Assembly: GCA_963726455.1 (NCBI GenBank)
Contig: CAVSCK010000004.1
Span: 1,056,001 to 1,120,000, forward strand
DNA: 64,000 nt
From: an uncultured bacterium
GTDB taxonomy: Bacteria; Zixibacteria; MSB-5A5; CAIYYT01
Direction: 5' to 3'
In this document: positions 34,831-44,647 of the stretch, one piece after another
Numbering within the stretch: position 1 is the first letter of the stretch
How the letters are laid out: each line of letters opens with the position of its first letter
Program-made: the position numbers and the translations under genes
Notes under the pieces: generated by a model
The model's input: only the letters and a program-made list of their open reading frames with translations
Told to the model about the DNA's origin: nothing
The model's database searches: none

Positions 34831-35583
34831 TCAGGGAAGTTGCATTACGTAAAAGACGTAACCGTAGTGGTCTGAATATTTCCGATAGATGTTGATCTCA
34901 GTCTGAGATGCTTCGATTATACCGAGCGCCCTTTCGTCTCTGGCATATGCTTGGCGCTTTTCATTCAGGCGATTTTCCAGCGGTGTGTAATAGTCATTCC
35001 ACCACGATGACGACGGCAGAGTAAAATAGCCCACGACAGAGTAGCCGAGATCAGTAATGATCTTCAGGTTGCTATGCACCGGCTGCATGGCCGGATATTC
35101 CTTGCCCCAATATTCGCGAACTTCGGCGGGCGGGTCGGCCGTCAGCCAACTGATTTCAGTCACAGCTATATAACCGCGCGGCTTCAGAAGGCGTCTCCAT
35201 TCCGCGAGCCCTTTCTCGAAACCGATGATGTATATCGCCCCCTCAGACCAGATGATATCAAAATAGCGGTCGGCATATTTCAGGTCCGTCATGTCGGCGT
35301 GGACAACGCGAACGCGATTGCTGATTCCCATTTCGACTGACTTAAGTTGCAGCGCGCCCAGAAACGGGCGATGCTTGTCAAGCGCGATGATTTCACACTC
35401 ACAGGCCTGCGCCAGATCGAGAGTCTGGGCGCCCGAACCACAGCCGATATCGAGAATGAGCGGATGCACCGGTCTCTTGGTCATCAGCGACAGTGCCCGC
35501 ACTGTCGAATCCGTGTCGCCGGGTCCCTGTCGTGGGAGGCCCTTGTAAACATCGAAGAAAACTTTGGTCAAGTGCTCGGTCAT
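34831..35583 (-). CDS. Class I SAM-dependent methyltransferase
   Basis: LPRQGPG, ILDIGCGSG, FDIIWSEGAIY. Confidence 0.88.
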   Translation of the reverse strand: MTEHLTKVFFDVYKGLPRQGPGDTDSTVRALSLMTKRPVHPLILDIGCGSGAQTLDLAQACECEIIALDKHRPFLGALQLKSVEMGISNRVRVVHADMTDLKYADRYFDIIWSEGAIYIIGFEKGLAEWRRLLKPRGYIAVTEISWLTADPPAEVREYWGKEYPAMQPVHSNLKIITDLGYSVVGYFTLPSSSWWNDYYTPLENRLNEKRQAYARDERALGIIEASQTEINIYRKYSDHYGYVFYVMQLP

Positions 35584-35713
35584 ATAGCTGATAAGGCGAG
35601 ACAGGACGATAACGTCCTGACGCCGGATAAATTATGCGAGATGGCTCGCGGTTCAGAAGTAACTGAGCTGTCCCGTTTACACGGGGCAATTATCACTCAA
35701 TAACAATAGCGGT

Positions 35714-36700
35714 CTAGTTGCACCATGACGGCGACGAATCATTTCCGGGACCGGACAATCTTACGGGTGCGCCGCCGCTAACAGAAATCTTATAGATGGT
35801 GCCCTTCTGTGTCGCAAACAGAAGCGACTTGGAATCAGGCGACCATGAAGGAACGGACAATGACAGCCCGTCTTGCTGCGGATCGGTCGGCGCCCACAGC
35901 TTTGTCTTGGCGGTCAAATCGGGTTTGATAATGAAAAGTCCCTGATTGCTTACGTCATTGGACACATAGGCGATCCACTGCCCGTCAGGCGACCAGGACG
36001 GCAGCGTTGCTCCGGTGAGCTTGCCCGCCTTCGCCAGGATGGCTTGATCTTTCAACGGATACTCAGCGACTGAGGCAATGGCAATTCCGGCCGGGACAAA
36101 TTGCTGACCCTGAACTCGGGTGACGGTGAACGCCACCTGCTTCATGTCGGGGGACATCGTGGGCGCGGCGCACAGCAATTCGGAGGTCGGCTCCTGCTCA
36201 AGATCACGCAATAAGAAGCTCTTGGTGTCGTAGAAGCTGAGACGCCATTTCGGCAACGTCGCATTTACTGTATTGGCAGCGCGATCATGAACAAACAGAA
36301 TCCTGCTACCGTCGCGACTGAATTCGGGAGACTGGCCGCCCATGGTTTCCGTGATCCCTTCCCAGAAACTATTGGTGGAATCGGTGTAGCCGTAGAAAAG
36401 ATCGTATATTTTGTGCTGGCCGCCACCGCCATCAGGATACTTTATCGCGAGATCGCCGCGCCGAACAAAGGCAATCTTGCGATTGTCGGGCGACCAACTC
36501 AAACGGCCTACCACGTTCGAAATACCGGCGATAAACGGGCGCTGGTTGGAGCCGTCCGATTCCATCAGCCAAATGTCGCCGCTACGGACAAAAGCGATGG
36601 TCTGACCTTTCTTGATTCCGTTGGCAGCTACAGCAGCGATGGCCAAAGCTACGACAAATGCAAATGTAATGATGGCGAAGCGTCTCATATCTCTCCTCAA
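35714..36700 (-). CDS. Secreted TolB-like/PD40 beta-propeller protein
   Basis: Signal peptide; repeated WSPD motifs (LSWSPDNRKIAF, PSWSPDGQWIAY, PSWSPDSKSLLF). Confidence 0.8.
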   Translation of the reverse strand: MRRDMRRFAIITFAFVVALAIAAVAANGIKKGQTIAFVRSGDIWLMESDGSNQRPFIAGISNVVGRLSWSPDNRKIAFVRRGDLAIKYPDGGGGQHKIYDLFYGYTDSTNSFWEGITETMGGQSPEFSRDGSRILFVHDRAANTVNATLPKWRLSFYDTKSFLLRDLEQEPTSELLCAAPTMSPDMKQVAFTVTRVQGQQFVPAGIAIASVAEYPLKDQAILAKAGKLTGATLPSWSPDGQWIAYVSNDVSNQGLFIIKPDLTAKTKLWAPTDPQQDGLSLSVPSWSPDSKSLLFATQKGTIYKISVSGGAPVRLSGPGNDSSPSWCN

Positions 36701-36889
36701 GTCACATAGTCTATTGACGAAAGTTCATCCTACCTAATCTTTTTACCCGTAAAGCCCCGATTGTTTCAAATTATCGGTAAGCTATTGATTTAGCTTGAGA
36801 TGTCAACCAATAAGTGGAGACGTTTTCCCTGCGTCTTGGAGTCTCGTGGGACTACTCTGCCTGAGAACATCGAAGCAAATTATGTCCTA

Positions 36890-36925
36890 AATCAAACAGG
36901 GCGGTCTTACGACCGCCCTGCTTTT
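36890..36925. terminator. Terminator of the hdr-nuo-mvh operon
   Basis: cagggcggtc-ttac-gaccgccctg with T-rich flanks on both strands. Confidence 0.75.
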
Positions 36926-36965
36926 CACGGGAGCGAAACTGGGAAGAGAGCCTTCCACATGGGGA

Positions 36966-37442
36966 TTACTTACTCACGGTCTTGGCGGCAATCCAATTCT
37001 TCACCGCAGTTAAGGCCGTTTCCACTGATTTCTCGACTTGCGGCGTCATTTGTTCGCCGAGAGTTTCAACATCCTGCGCCTCAACTGCCAACACCTGAAT
37101 GTCTTTGGGCATCGCCATCTGCAGTTGTGTTCCGAGTTCAATGGCGGTTGGCAAATTGATCTGGTGGCTGTTGATGAGATTGTACGACGGCGTCAACGCA
37201 CCGGCGGGGAAAAAATGAACCGTGCCCGGCCGGGATTTGCCGGTTATGATCGCATCGACAATGAGAACCGCCTTGCGGCCTTTCAACAAATCCAACAATC
37301 CGAATCCGGCGGTCGGGGCAAATATCACTTCGACCATATCGTGATCGAGGCCGTTTTCATTCAGCCGGCGGGCAACCGCAGGGCCGAATGAGTCATCCGA
37401 AAGTATGTCGTTACCCAGGCATAAGATGAGAAGTGGTGTCAA
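36966..37442 (-). CDS. Hydrogenase maturation protease
   Basis: LCLGNDILSDDSFG, LIVDAI, NSHQ; overlaps the mvhA stop by 4 nt. Confidence 0.9.
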   Translation of the reverse strand: MTPLLILCLGNDILSDDSFGPAVARRLNENGLDHDMVEVIFAPTAGFGLLDLLKGRKAVLIVDAIITGKSRPGTVHFFPAGALTPSYNLINSHQINLPTAIELGTQLQMAMPKDIQVLAVEAQDVETLGEQMTPQVEKSVETALTAVKNWIAAKTVSK

Positions 37443-38923
37443 ACGTTCCTCCGAGCAGTCTGGATTATTTCACCGGTTGCAGCATCATGTATGATTAATT
37501 CCAGCGGCATTTCGCCGGGAAGCGTGTGAGTCGCGCAACCAAAACAGGGATCGTACGCACGAAACGCCATTTCAATTCGATTGAGAATTCCGTCCGTAAC
37601 TGTCACGCCCTTCTTGATCAATCCCTCGGCGGCTTTCTTGATCGACATAGATATCGGCGCGTTGTTGTTGGTGGTGCCGACGATCAGGTTAGCTTCAGTG
37701 ACTATGCCGTTCCTGTCGGTCTTGTAGTGATGTGTCAGCGTCCCGCGCGGAGCTTCCACGATTCCGACCCCTTCGCCGACGATGCCGGTTGGCGGTTCGA
37801 GGATTTTGTCAGACGTGATTTCGTCGTCCTGCGCCTGCTCCAAAGTCGCCTCGGCGGCAAACATCAGTTCGACCACGCGAGCCCAATGAGTGGCCAACGT
37901 CGAATGAATCGGAGTCTTGCCGGTGCGGTCACCGGTCAGAGTTTCATACATGCGTTCGTATTCGGCCTGCGCCAGCGGGGTCGCCATACCGTCTGCCACG
38001 TTGCAGCGTGACAGCGGCGTCGCTTTGTACACACCCGAATCCATGCCGTCGACGAATCCCTTCCAGCCGACCTTCTTCAGGTACGGATACTTGAGATAGC
38101 TGTACGGCTCGACGTGTTCGGCGACATATTCGAGATAGTCCTTTGGCTCATATTCGGCGTGCTTGCTGCCGTCGGGAGCAGTAACTCTCACCTTGCCGTC
38201 ATAGAAGTTGGTCTTGCCGTTCGCATCCACCAGACCCATGTTGTAAGTCTTGTGCGTGAACATGTCGGAAATGATCAGATCGACATAACCCTTGTTCGCG
38301 AGCACGATGTCGTTCAACACCTGAATCGTGAACTTGGCGAACTCGACCATGCCCTTCGCCAGCTCGATAATCTCCTGCTGTTCTTGCTTGGTAACACGCT
38401 TGGTATTGCCGCCAGGAACAGCCGTTACCGGATGCACCTTCTTGCCGCCGATGATTTCGATTACACGTTGTCCGGCGGCACGCTGAGCAATAACTTTCTT
38501 GCCGGCATCAATTCCGACCTTGGCTACGACGCCGAGGATATTTCGTTCAGCCGGCGGCGCATCAGGACCGCAAACGAAATCGGGGCCACCCAGCGCATAG
38601 AAATGCGTGGTGTGGTCGCCCGCGTAGAACGCGTTGTACATCAATTCGCGCAACTTACGAGCTGCACTCGGAATCGTAACACCGTACACTGCGTCCGCTG
38701 CCTTTGCGGCAGCGAGATGATGCGCATCGGGACAGACGCCGCAAATGCGTGTCGTGATGCGGCACATTTCCTCGACCGGACGACCCTGCGCGAATTTCTC
38801 GAAGCCGCGCAGTTCCGGAACCTGGAAATAGCAGTTCGCCAAGCCGCCGTCATCATTGACGAACAGATGAATCTTGCCATGCCCTTCGAGACGGGTGATC
38901 GGGTCAATCAGTATCTGTTTCAT
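37439..38923 (-). CDS. mvhA: [NiFe]-hydrogenase large subunit, group 3c type
   Basis: DPITRLEGHG, RICGVC, EAPRGTL, AYDPCFGCATH plus cleavable C-terminal extension. Confidence 0.93.
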   Translation of the reverse strand: MKQILIDPITRLEGHGKIHLFVNDDGGLANCYFQVPELRGFEKFAQGRPVEEMCRITTRICGVCPDAHHLAAAKAADAVYGVTIPSAARKLRELMYNAFYAGDHTTHFYALGGPDFVCGPDAPPAERNILGVVAKVGIDAGKKVIAQRAAGQRVIEIIGGKKVHPVTAVPGGNTKRVTKQEQQEIIELAKGMVEFAKFTIQVLNDIVLANKGYVDLIISDMFTHKTYNMGLVDANGKTNFYDGKVRVTAPDGSKHAEYEPKDYLEYVAEHVEPYSYLKYPYLKKVGWKGFVDGMDSGVYKATPLSRCNVADGMATPLAQAEYERMYETLTGDRTGKTPIHSTLATHWARVVELMFAAEATLEQAQDDEITSDKILEPPTGIVGEGVGIVEAPRGTLTHHYKTDRNGIVTEANLIVGTTNNNAPISMSIKKAAEGLIKKGVTVTDGILNRIEMAFRAYDPCFGCATHTLPGEMPLELIIHDAATGEIIQTARRNV

Positions 38924-39900
38924 TGCTGCACCCTCCTTAACATCGAAGTCGGCAAGCTGAACCGATAGAACGTTCCCAGGGGATCAGGAATTGTATCCAG
39001 AATCTGTTCGACCTCCTGCTCGTCGATGGAATCTATCACACTCGCCAATGCCGACGCCATCTTGGCGCCCTGATCGCGCACGTTGGACGGCAACCCGTAG
39101 CAACCGCGACACGGCACACCCGCTTTGACGCACTTTGCGCCACATCCTGAACGCGTCGCCGGACCAAGGCAGACAATCCCCTGCTCCATCAGGCAAAGGT
39201 CGGGATCGGTGACCTTTTCAAAGGGACGAATGAACTTCTTGATCTTCTTGACATTGCGCTGGCGCGGGCATTCATCGCAACAGGATTTTTCGCTGGCGCC
39301 CAGCACCGTGCCTTTCGGCGGCAGCGGCTTGCTGTTCTTGAGAATGTCAACGACGGCATCAATCACAGCCGCGATCTGATTTGACTGTGGCGGACAACCG
39401 GGAATGATGTAGTCGACGTCCACGACCTGCGGAAGTGTGCGGACGGTGTTCCACAGGAACGGAATATGAACCATGCCTTCAGCAACTTTCACTTCCGGCT
39501 GCGGCATGATGCCGTTGCCCGGTTCCAGTGACGGCGACAGTTTGTAAACATATTCCATGATCGATTGTTTGTCATAGAAGTTTGCCAGTCCGGGAATACA
39601 ACCTTCGGAAGCGCAACTGCCAAAGGCGCACAGCACGACCGATTTGTCCCGCAGCAGGCGCGCGATTTCATAATTCTCGTCACTGCGAATCGCGCCATTG
39701 AAAAGAGTGAGTGTGATTTCTTTGTCCTGCATCTTGCGAACGTCGTCATACTTGAAATCAAGGGCGCAAGGCCAGAACACAATGTCGAAGAAGTCGGCGA
39801 CCTCAAGGATCTTCGCCTCGATATCGAGAATCGCGACATCGCAGCCCCCGCAGGAGGAGGCCCAGTATATTGCTAGTTTCGGTTTTGCCATCTTGCTCAC
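38920..39900 (-). CDS. mvhG: [NiFe]-hydrogenase small subunit
   Basis: SSCGGC, FGSCASEG, PGCPP, CCDECP, CLGPATRSGCGAKC...PCRGCYG. Confidence 0.92.
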   Translation of the reverse strand: MSKMAKPKLAIYWASSCGGCDVAILDIEAKILEVADFFDIVFWPCALDFKYDDVRKMQDKEITLTLFNGAIRSDENYEIARLLRDKSVVLCAFGSCASEGCIPGLANFYDKQSIMEYVYKLSPSLEPGNGIMPQPEVKVAEGMVHIPFLWNTVRTLPQVVDVDYIIPGCPPQSNQIAAVIDAVVDILKNSKPLPPKGTVLGASEKSCCDECPRQRNVKKIKKFIRPFEKVTDPDLCLMEQGIVCLGPATRSGCGAKCVKAGVPCRGCYGLPSNVRDQGAKMASALASVIDSIDEQEVEQILDTIPDPLGTFYRFSLPTSMLRRVQQ

Positions 39901-40355
39901 TCCCCTGCCGCGACGGCAGCAGCTTCCGCCTGTTCAGGTACGAACGCCCATTCCTGCAAACGTAGCGGTCCGAGCGCACGAATCTGCGCGGTAAAGCTGT
40001 CGACCACTTCCTGAAAACGGGCTCCTTCAGATGCCGACACCCATTCGAGACGCAGGCGTTCCGGGGAGATACCCATGCCTTTCAGAATCCGCTTGGTGAT
40101 TGCCACGCGACGCATGCACTTGTGATTCCCCTCGACATAGTGGCAGTCACCGAAATGGCAACCGCACAAAAGCACGCCGTCAGCGCCGGCGCGAAACGAA
40201 TCGAGAACAAACCCGGGATCGACGCGGCCGGAACACATCACGCGCACCGTCATCACATTAGGGGCATACTTCATGCGCGCGGTGCCGGCCAGATCGGCTC
40301 CGGTATAACTGCACCAATTGCAGAGAAATCCGACAATACGTGGTTCGAAACTCAT
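39897..40355 (-). CDS. mvhD: Hydrogenase iron-sulfur subunit ([2Fe-2S] adaptor)
   Basis: GFLCNWCSYTGADLAG, VMCSGRVDP, GCHFGDCHY, WVSASEG. Confidence 0.95.
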   Translation of the reverse strand: MSFEPRIVGFLCNWCSYTGADLAGTARMKYAPNVMTVRVMCSGRVDPGFVLDSFRAGADGVLLCGCHFGDCHYVEGNHKCMRRVAITKRILKGMGISPERLRLEWVSASEGARFQEVVDSFTAQIRALGPLRLQEWAFVPEQAEAAAVAAGE

Positions 40356-42115
40356 GTAAGCATCCCCTCGATCTGAGCATAGATTTGTTCATCGGTGAAT
40401 TGGCGGGCCATTATCGCGCCCGAAGGACAGGCGGCTACGCAAGTGCCGCAGCCCTTGCACTGAGCTGAATTCACGACGCTCACTTTCTTGGCTTCGTCAT
40501 AGCTGACCGCAGTGTACGGGCACATATCGTTGCAGATTTTGCAGCCGCTGCAGAATTCCTCCATGATTTCAGCGTAGGCCGCATCCATCATGATCTCGCC
40601 TTGTGCCATCAATTTCATCGCCTGTGCAGCGGCAGCCCCGCCCTGTGCGACGCTGTCGGGAATATCTTTGGCGCCCTGGCATGCTCCGGCCAAGAAAATG
40701 CCGTCGGTAGTCGTCGACACCGGAGCGAGCTTCGGATGCGCTTCGATAAACCAGCCATCAGCGCCGGTGGAGATATTGAATTTGCGCCCGAACTCCTTGG
40801 CATCCTTGCGGGCCTCCAAAGCCGTGCAGAGAATGACCATATCGACCGGTATTTCTCGATACTTGCCGATCAGCGTGTCTTCGCAACGGACGATCAGATG
40901 ACCTTCCTCGTCGCGGCGATAGCCCGATGGCACAACCTCTGCGCCCTTGCCGCGAATAACATTGACGCCTTCTTCGAGAATGCGAGCGTAGAATTCTTCG
41001 TATCCCTTTCCGAAGGCGCGCATGTCGATGTAAAGTTGGTATACCTCGGCAGAGGTCTTCTCTTTTACGAGATGCGAGAATTTCAACGCGTACATGCAGC
41101 ACACGCGGCTGCAATATTTATGGTGGTCATGATCACGGCTGCCAACACAATGCAGAATCGCAATCGCCCGCGGTTCTTCGCCGTTTTCGAGCACGATCTT
41201 GCCGCCGGTCGGTCCCGCGGCATTGTTCATGATCTCGAACTCTTCGGAAGAAATCACATTCGGTATTTTGCCGTAGCCATACTGTTTCATTGGCGTCGGA
41301 TCAAAACTGTCGAACCCGGTTGCAATCACCACAGCCCCAACTTCGACTTCTTCGGTTTTCGGGCCGTCGCCATAATCAATGCATTCTTTGGGACAGACCT
41401 TAGAACAAACCATGCAGCCGCCGGTCTTGTAGTGAATGCAGTTTTCACGTACGATCTGCGGGACGTTGGGCACCGCCTGTCGGAAAGGCAGGGTGATTGC
41501 GGCATTCGGCGACAAGTTCATCTCCTGATGGACGATGAAGCGATTTTCGATCTCTTCCATCTTGATGTATCCCGTCGGACAATGTTTGGCACAGGCGCCG
41601 CAGAGAATGCAGGAATCGGAATCGCGGCCGAAGGGCGTCGAAATATCGCGTTTGGCGCCCCGGTTGACGAATGCCAGCGCGTGCGCGCCGACAACTTCGT
41701 CGCAGATACGGACACACAGCCCGCACAGTATGCACGTGTAATTCCCCGTTCCCCAGCGCGGCTCGGGAATGCCAAGTTGTTCGGCGAGTCGCTGCAACAC
41801 AGGCACAGGCGAGCAGTTGGCCATCAGCATTTCCAAATTCGTCCGCCGAGCGTTGATCACGCGCGGCGTGTCCGTCACGATTTCGAGTCCATCCCAAACC
41901 GGGTAGTTGCAGGCCGTCACGATTTTCGACCAGCCACCTGCGCTGCGCGCCTCGACGCAACAGATGCGGCAAGCGGCGTACGGCACCATATAGGGATAGT
42001 AACAGAGCGTCGGAATCTCTACACCGATCGACTTGGCCGCCTCCAGAACATAAGTACCGTCGTCGACCTCGATCTCCTGACCGTCAATAGTAATTTTCAC
42101 TTTGTCCATAGCCAT
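40352..42115 (-). CDS. Fusion of NuoG/HoxU/HydA-N-like Fe-S domain to the C-terminal half of HdrA
   Basis: N-terminal IPTLC..ACRIC..TAC [2Fe-2S] plus CILCGLCVRIC and CILCGACAKHCP; then HdrA PFRQAVP, VIATGF, HCVGSRD..CSRVCCMYALK, DMRAFGKGYEE, GACQGAKDIP, C-terminal 2x[4Fe-4S]. Confidence 0.9.
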   Translation of the reverse strand: MAMDKVKITIDGQEIEVDDGTYVLEAAKSIGVEIPTLCYYPYMVPYAACRICCVEARSAGGWSKIVTACNYPVWDGLEIVTDTPRVINARRTNLEMLMANCSPVPVLQRLAEQLGIPEPRWGTGNYTCILCGLCVRICDEVVGAHALAFVNRGAKRDISTPFGRDSDSCILCGACAKHCPTGYIKMEEIENRFIVHQEMNLSPNAAITLPFRQAVPNVPQIVRENCIHYKTGGCMVCSKVCPKECIDYGDGPKTEEVEVGAVVIATGFDSFDPTPMKQYGYGKIPNVISSEEFEIMNNAAGPTGGKIVLENGEEPRAIAILHCVGSRDHDHHKYCSRVCCMYALKFSHLVKEKTSAEVYQLYIDMRAFGKGYEEFYARILEEGVNVIRGKGAEVVPSGYRRDEEGHLIVRCEDTLIGKYREIPVDMVILCTALEARKDAKEFGRKFNISTGADGWFIEAHPKLAPVSTTTDGIFLAGACQGAKDIPDSVAQGGAAAAQAMKLMAQGEIMMDAAYAEIMEEFCSGCKICNDMCPYTAVSYDEAKKVSVVNSAQCKGCGTCVAACPSGAIMARQFTDEQIYAQIEGMLT

Positions 42116-42119
42116 ACTC

Positions 42120-44129
42120 CTACACCACCTCCGCCGCTATTTTTTTGATGGGCGGTTGCCACAACTCACGCGCACGTTCTTGCAGTTTGTCACCGTCACC
42201 ACGCTTGACACGTTTGATTGAGTTGTAGCGGCAAATCTGGTAACAGGCGCCGCATTGAATGCACTTGTCCTGCAGGATGTAGTGCAGACGCTTCGGTTCG
42301 CCGACGATCGCGCTGGTCGGGCATGATTTCAGGCACGCGTGACAACCATTGCAGGTGTTGTCGATGGCGTGCGACACCAGGTCTTTGCAGACACCGGCCG
42401 GACAGCGTTTGTCGATGACATGTGCCAGATATTCCTGACGGAAATAGCGGATGGTAGACAACACCGGATTCGGCGCGCTGCCGCCCAACTGGCACAGACT
42501 GGTGTCGATAATTACCTGCGATAGTTCTTCGAGATACTCGATGTCCTCGATCGTACCCTTTCCTTCACAAATCTTTTTGAGGATGTTCAACATCACGACC
42601 AATCCCTCGCGACAGGGAACGCATTTGCCGCAGCTCTCTTCCGTGAGGAAATTGATGAAGTATCGCGCGACATCGACCATGCAGGAATCCTCGTCCATCA
42701 CGATCATTCCTCCCGATCCCATCATCGATCCGGCCTTGGTCAATTCATCAAAGTCTATGGGCAGATCGAGCAGGCTGACCGCCTCGTCTTCCTCGCGGAT
42801 ATCGCCATGAGCTACCATACTGGCGTGAATTTTCGCTTCGGCAGTTTCGACAATGAGCGTGCCGCCCGACGGTCCGCCTGTCTGCACGGCCTTGAAGCGC
42901 TTGCCACCCGGCACACCGCCACCGATATCGTACAGAATTTCGCGCAAGGTAATTCCCATCGGTACTTCGACCAGGCCGGTGTTGTTGATCTTGCCGGTCA
43001 AAGCAAAAACCTTGGTACCTTTGGAACCCTCGGTGCCGATTCCGGCAAACCACGCCGAACCGCGCTCGATAATTGGTGGGACGTTCGCCCAGGTTTCGAC
43101 GTTGTTCAAGTTCGAGGGTTTCTCCCACAGTCCCGCTTCGACGGTGTGAATGTACTTGGCGCGCGGTTCGCCGACCTTGCCTTCCAGCGAAGCCATCAGC
43201 GCCGTCGACTCACCGCAGACAAACGCGCCGCCGCCGCGCGAAATCTCAATATCGAAACCAAAGCCGGTTCCGAGAATATTCTCGCCGAGCAGTCCGTAAT
43301 CGCGCGCTGCTTTGAGTGCGATCGCCAGGTTTTTGACTGCCAACGGGTACTCATTGCGGACATAGACAAAACCTTCGTGGCTGCCAATGGCGTAAGCGCC
43401 GATGATCATTCCTTCGATGACCTGATGCGGATTGCCTTCCAGCAGGGAGCGATCCATAAAAGCGCCCGGATCACCCTCATCCGCGTTGCAGATCACATAT
43501 TTGGGTTGTCCTTTGGCTGCCCGGCACGATGCCCATTTCTTTCCGGCCGGGTAGCCACCACCTCCGCGGCCGCGCAGACCGGATTTCTTGATCTCATCTA
43601 TGACCTGTTCGGCTTTCATCGTGGTTAATGCCTTGACAACCGCTTGATATCCGCCGAGCAGGATGTAGTCATTGATCGCGGTCGGATCCATCACGCCGTT
43701 CTTGCCGAAGATGATTCGCTGTTGCTTCTTGTAGAAAGGTATATCCTTCTCGTGTTTGATTATCTGGTTGGTTTGGGGATCGCGATACAACAGTTTATTG
43801 ACCAGTTGACCGCCTTTGACCGTCTGCTCCCAGATCAACTTGGCATCTGCCGGCTTGACGCGCTGGTAGAAGACTCTCTGGGGATGAACTACAACCAACG
43901 GTCCGCGCTCACAGAATCCGTGGCAGCCGGTTGACTTGATCTCAACTTCATTTTCCAGGCGATCCTTCTCGCATTCATCGCGGAACGCTTTCAGAACGCT
44001 CTCGCATCCACACGCCAGACAACCGGTCCCAGAGCAAACGGTGACCATCGTCTTGTTCGCGTTGCGGCTCTTTTCAAGATGATCTTTCAGCGCCAACAGG
44101 TCGGCGGTGGTTTTTAGTTTCTGGATCAT
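42120..44129 (-). CDS. NuoF/HydB-like NAD(H)/FMN subunit
   Basis: N-terminal CSGTGC..GCHGFC [2Fe-2S]; GLRGRGGGGYP; NADEGDPGAFMDR; FVCGESTA; GGPSGG; ESCGKCVPCREG; C-terminal 2x[4Fe-4S]. Confidence 0.93.
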   Translation of the reverse strand: MIQKLKTTADLLALKDHLEKSRNANKTMVTVCSGTGCLACGCESVLKAFRDECEKDRLENEVEIKSTGCHGFCERGPLVVVHPQRVFYQRVKPADAKLIWEQTVKGGQLVNKLLYRDPQTNQIIKHEKDIPFYKKQQRIIFGKNGVMDPTAINDYILLGGYQAVVKALTTMKAEQVIDEIKKSGLRGRGGGGYPAGKKWASCRAAKGQPKYVICNADEGDPGAFMDRSLLEGNPHQVIEGMIIGAYAIGSHEGFVYVRNEYPLAVKNLAIALKAARDYGLLGENILGTGFGFDIEISRGGGAFVCGESTALMASLEGKVGEPRAKYIHTVEAGLWEKPSNLNNVETWANVPPIIERGSAWFAGIGTEGSKGTKVFALTGKINNTGLVEVPMGITLREILYDIGGGVPGGKRFKAVQTGGPSGGTLIVETAEAKIHASMVAHGDIREEDEAVSLLDLPIDFDELTKAGSMMGSGGMIVMDEDSCMVDVARYFINFLTEESCGKCVPCREGLVVMLNILKKICEGKGTIEDIEYLEELSQVIIDTSLCQLGGSAPNPVLSTIRYFRQEYLAHVIDKRCPAGVCKDLVSHAIDNTCNGCHACLKSCPTSAIVGEPKRLHYILQDKCIQCGACYQICRYNSIKRVKRGDGDKLQERARELWQPPIKKIAAEVV

Positions 44130-44647
44130 GCCGCCTCCGTTCCGCTTGCGGATTTCTTCTTGTGCAGCAACTCATCAAGCATCTTGTCAACCTTGGTGAC
44201 CGTCATGTGGCCGTAGTAGACTCCGTTTGCCGTCACCAACGGACCCAGGGCGCAGGCGCCCAGGCAGTTGACAGTTTCGAGACTCACTTCCCCGTCAGGA
44301 GAGGTGTCTCCTGACTGAAGTCGAAGATCGCGCTCCAGTTTGTCGACAATCACTTTCGCCTGCCGAACGTGACAGGCCGTGCCCGTGCAGACGCAGATAT
44401 GATTTCTGCCGGTCGGTTTGAGCGTGAAGGCGCGATAGAAAGTCGCGACACCGTAAATTTGAGCCAGCGGCAGTTTCATGTTCTTGGACACTGCGCGCAA
44501 TGCGTCCTCCGGCAGATAGCGATAATGCTTCTGAATATCCTGAAGTATCATAATCAGCGCGGTCGGTTTGGCGCCATATTCGCCGACGATCTCTTCAATC
44601 TTGCTGTCGAGATCATAGGCGGTGTTAGCTGCAACTGTTATGGTCAT
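44126..44647 (-). CDS. NuoE/HydC-like [2Fe-2S] subunit
   Basis: LQDIQ..YLP, GVATFY, VCTGTACHV, NCLGACALGP. Confidence 0.93.
   Translation of the reverse strand: MTITVAANTAYDLDSKIEEIVGEYGAKPTALIMILQDIQKHYRYLPEDALRAVSKNMKLPLAQIYGVATFYRAFTLKPTGRNHICVCTGTACHVRQAKVIVDKLERDLRLQSGDTSPDGEVSLETVNCLGACALGPLVTANGVYYGHMTVTKVDKMLDELLHKKKSASGTEAA

Noticed and set aside
40601-42148. 515-aa plus-strand ORF and other long antisense ORFs (e.g. 45735-46706, 38114-38968)
   Set aside because: Shadow ORFs opposite well-supported GC-rich genes; no recognisable motifs
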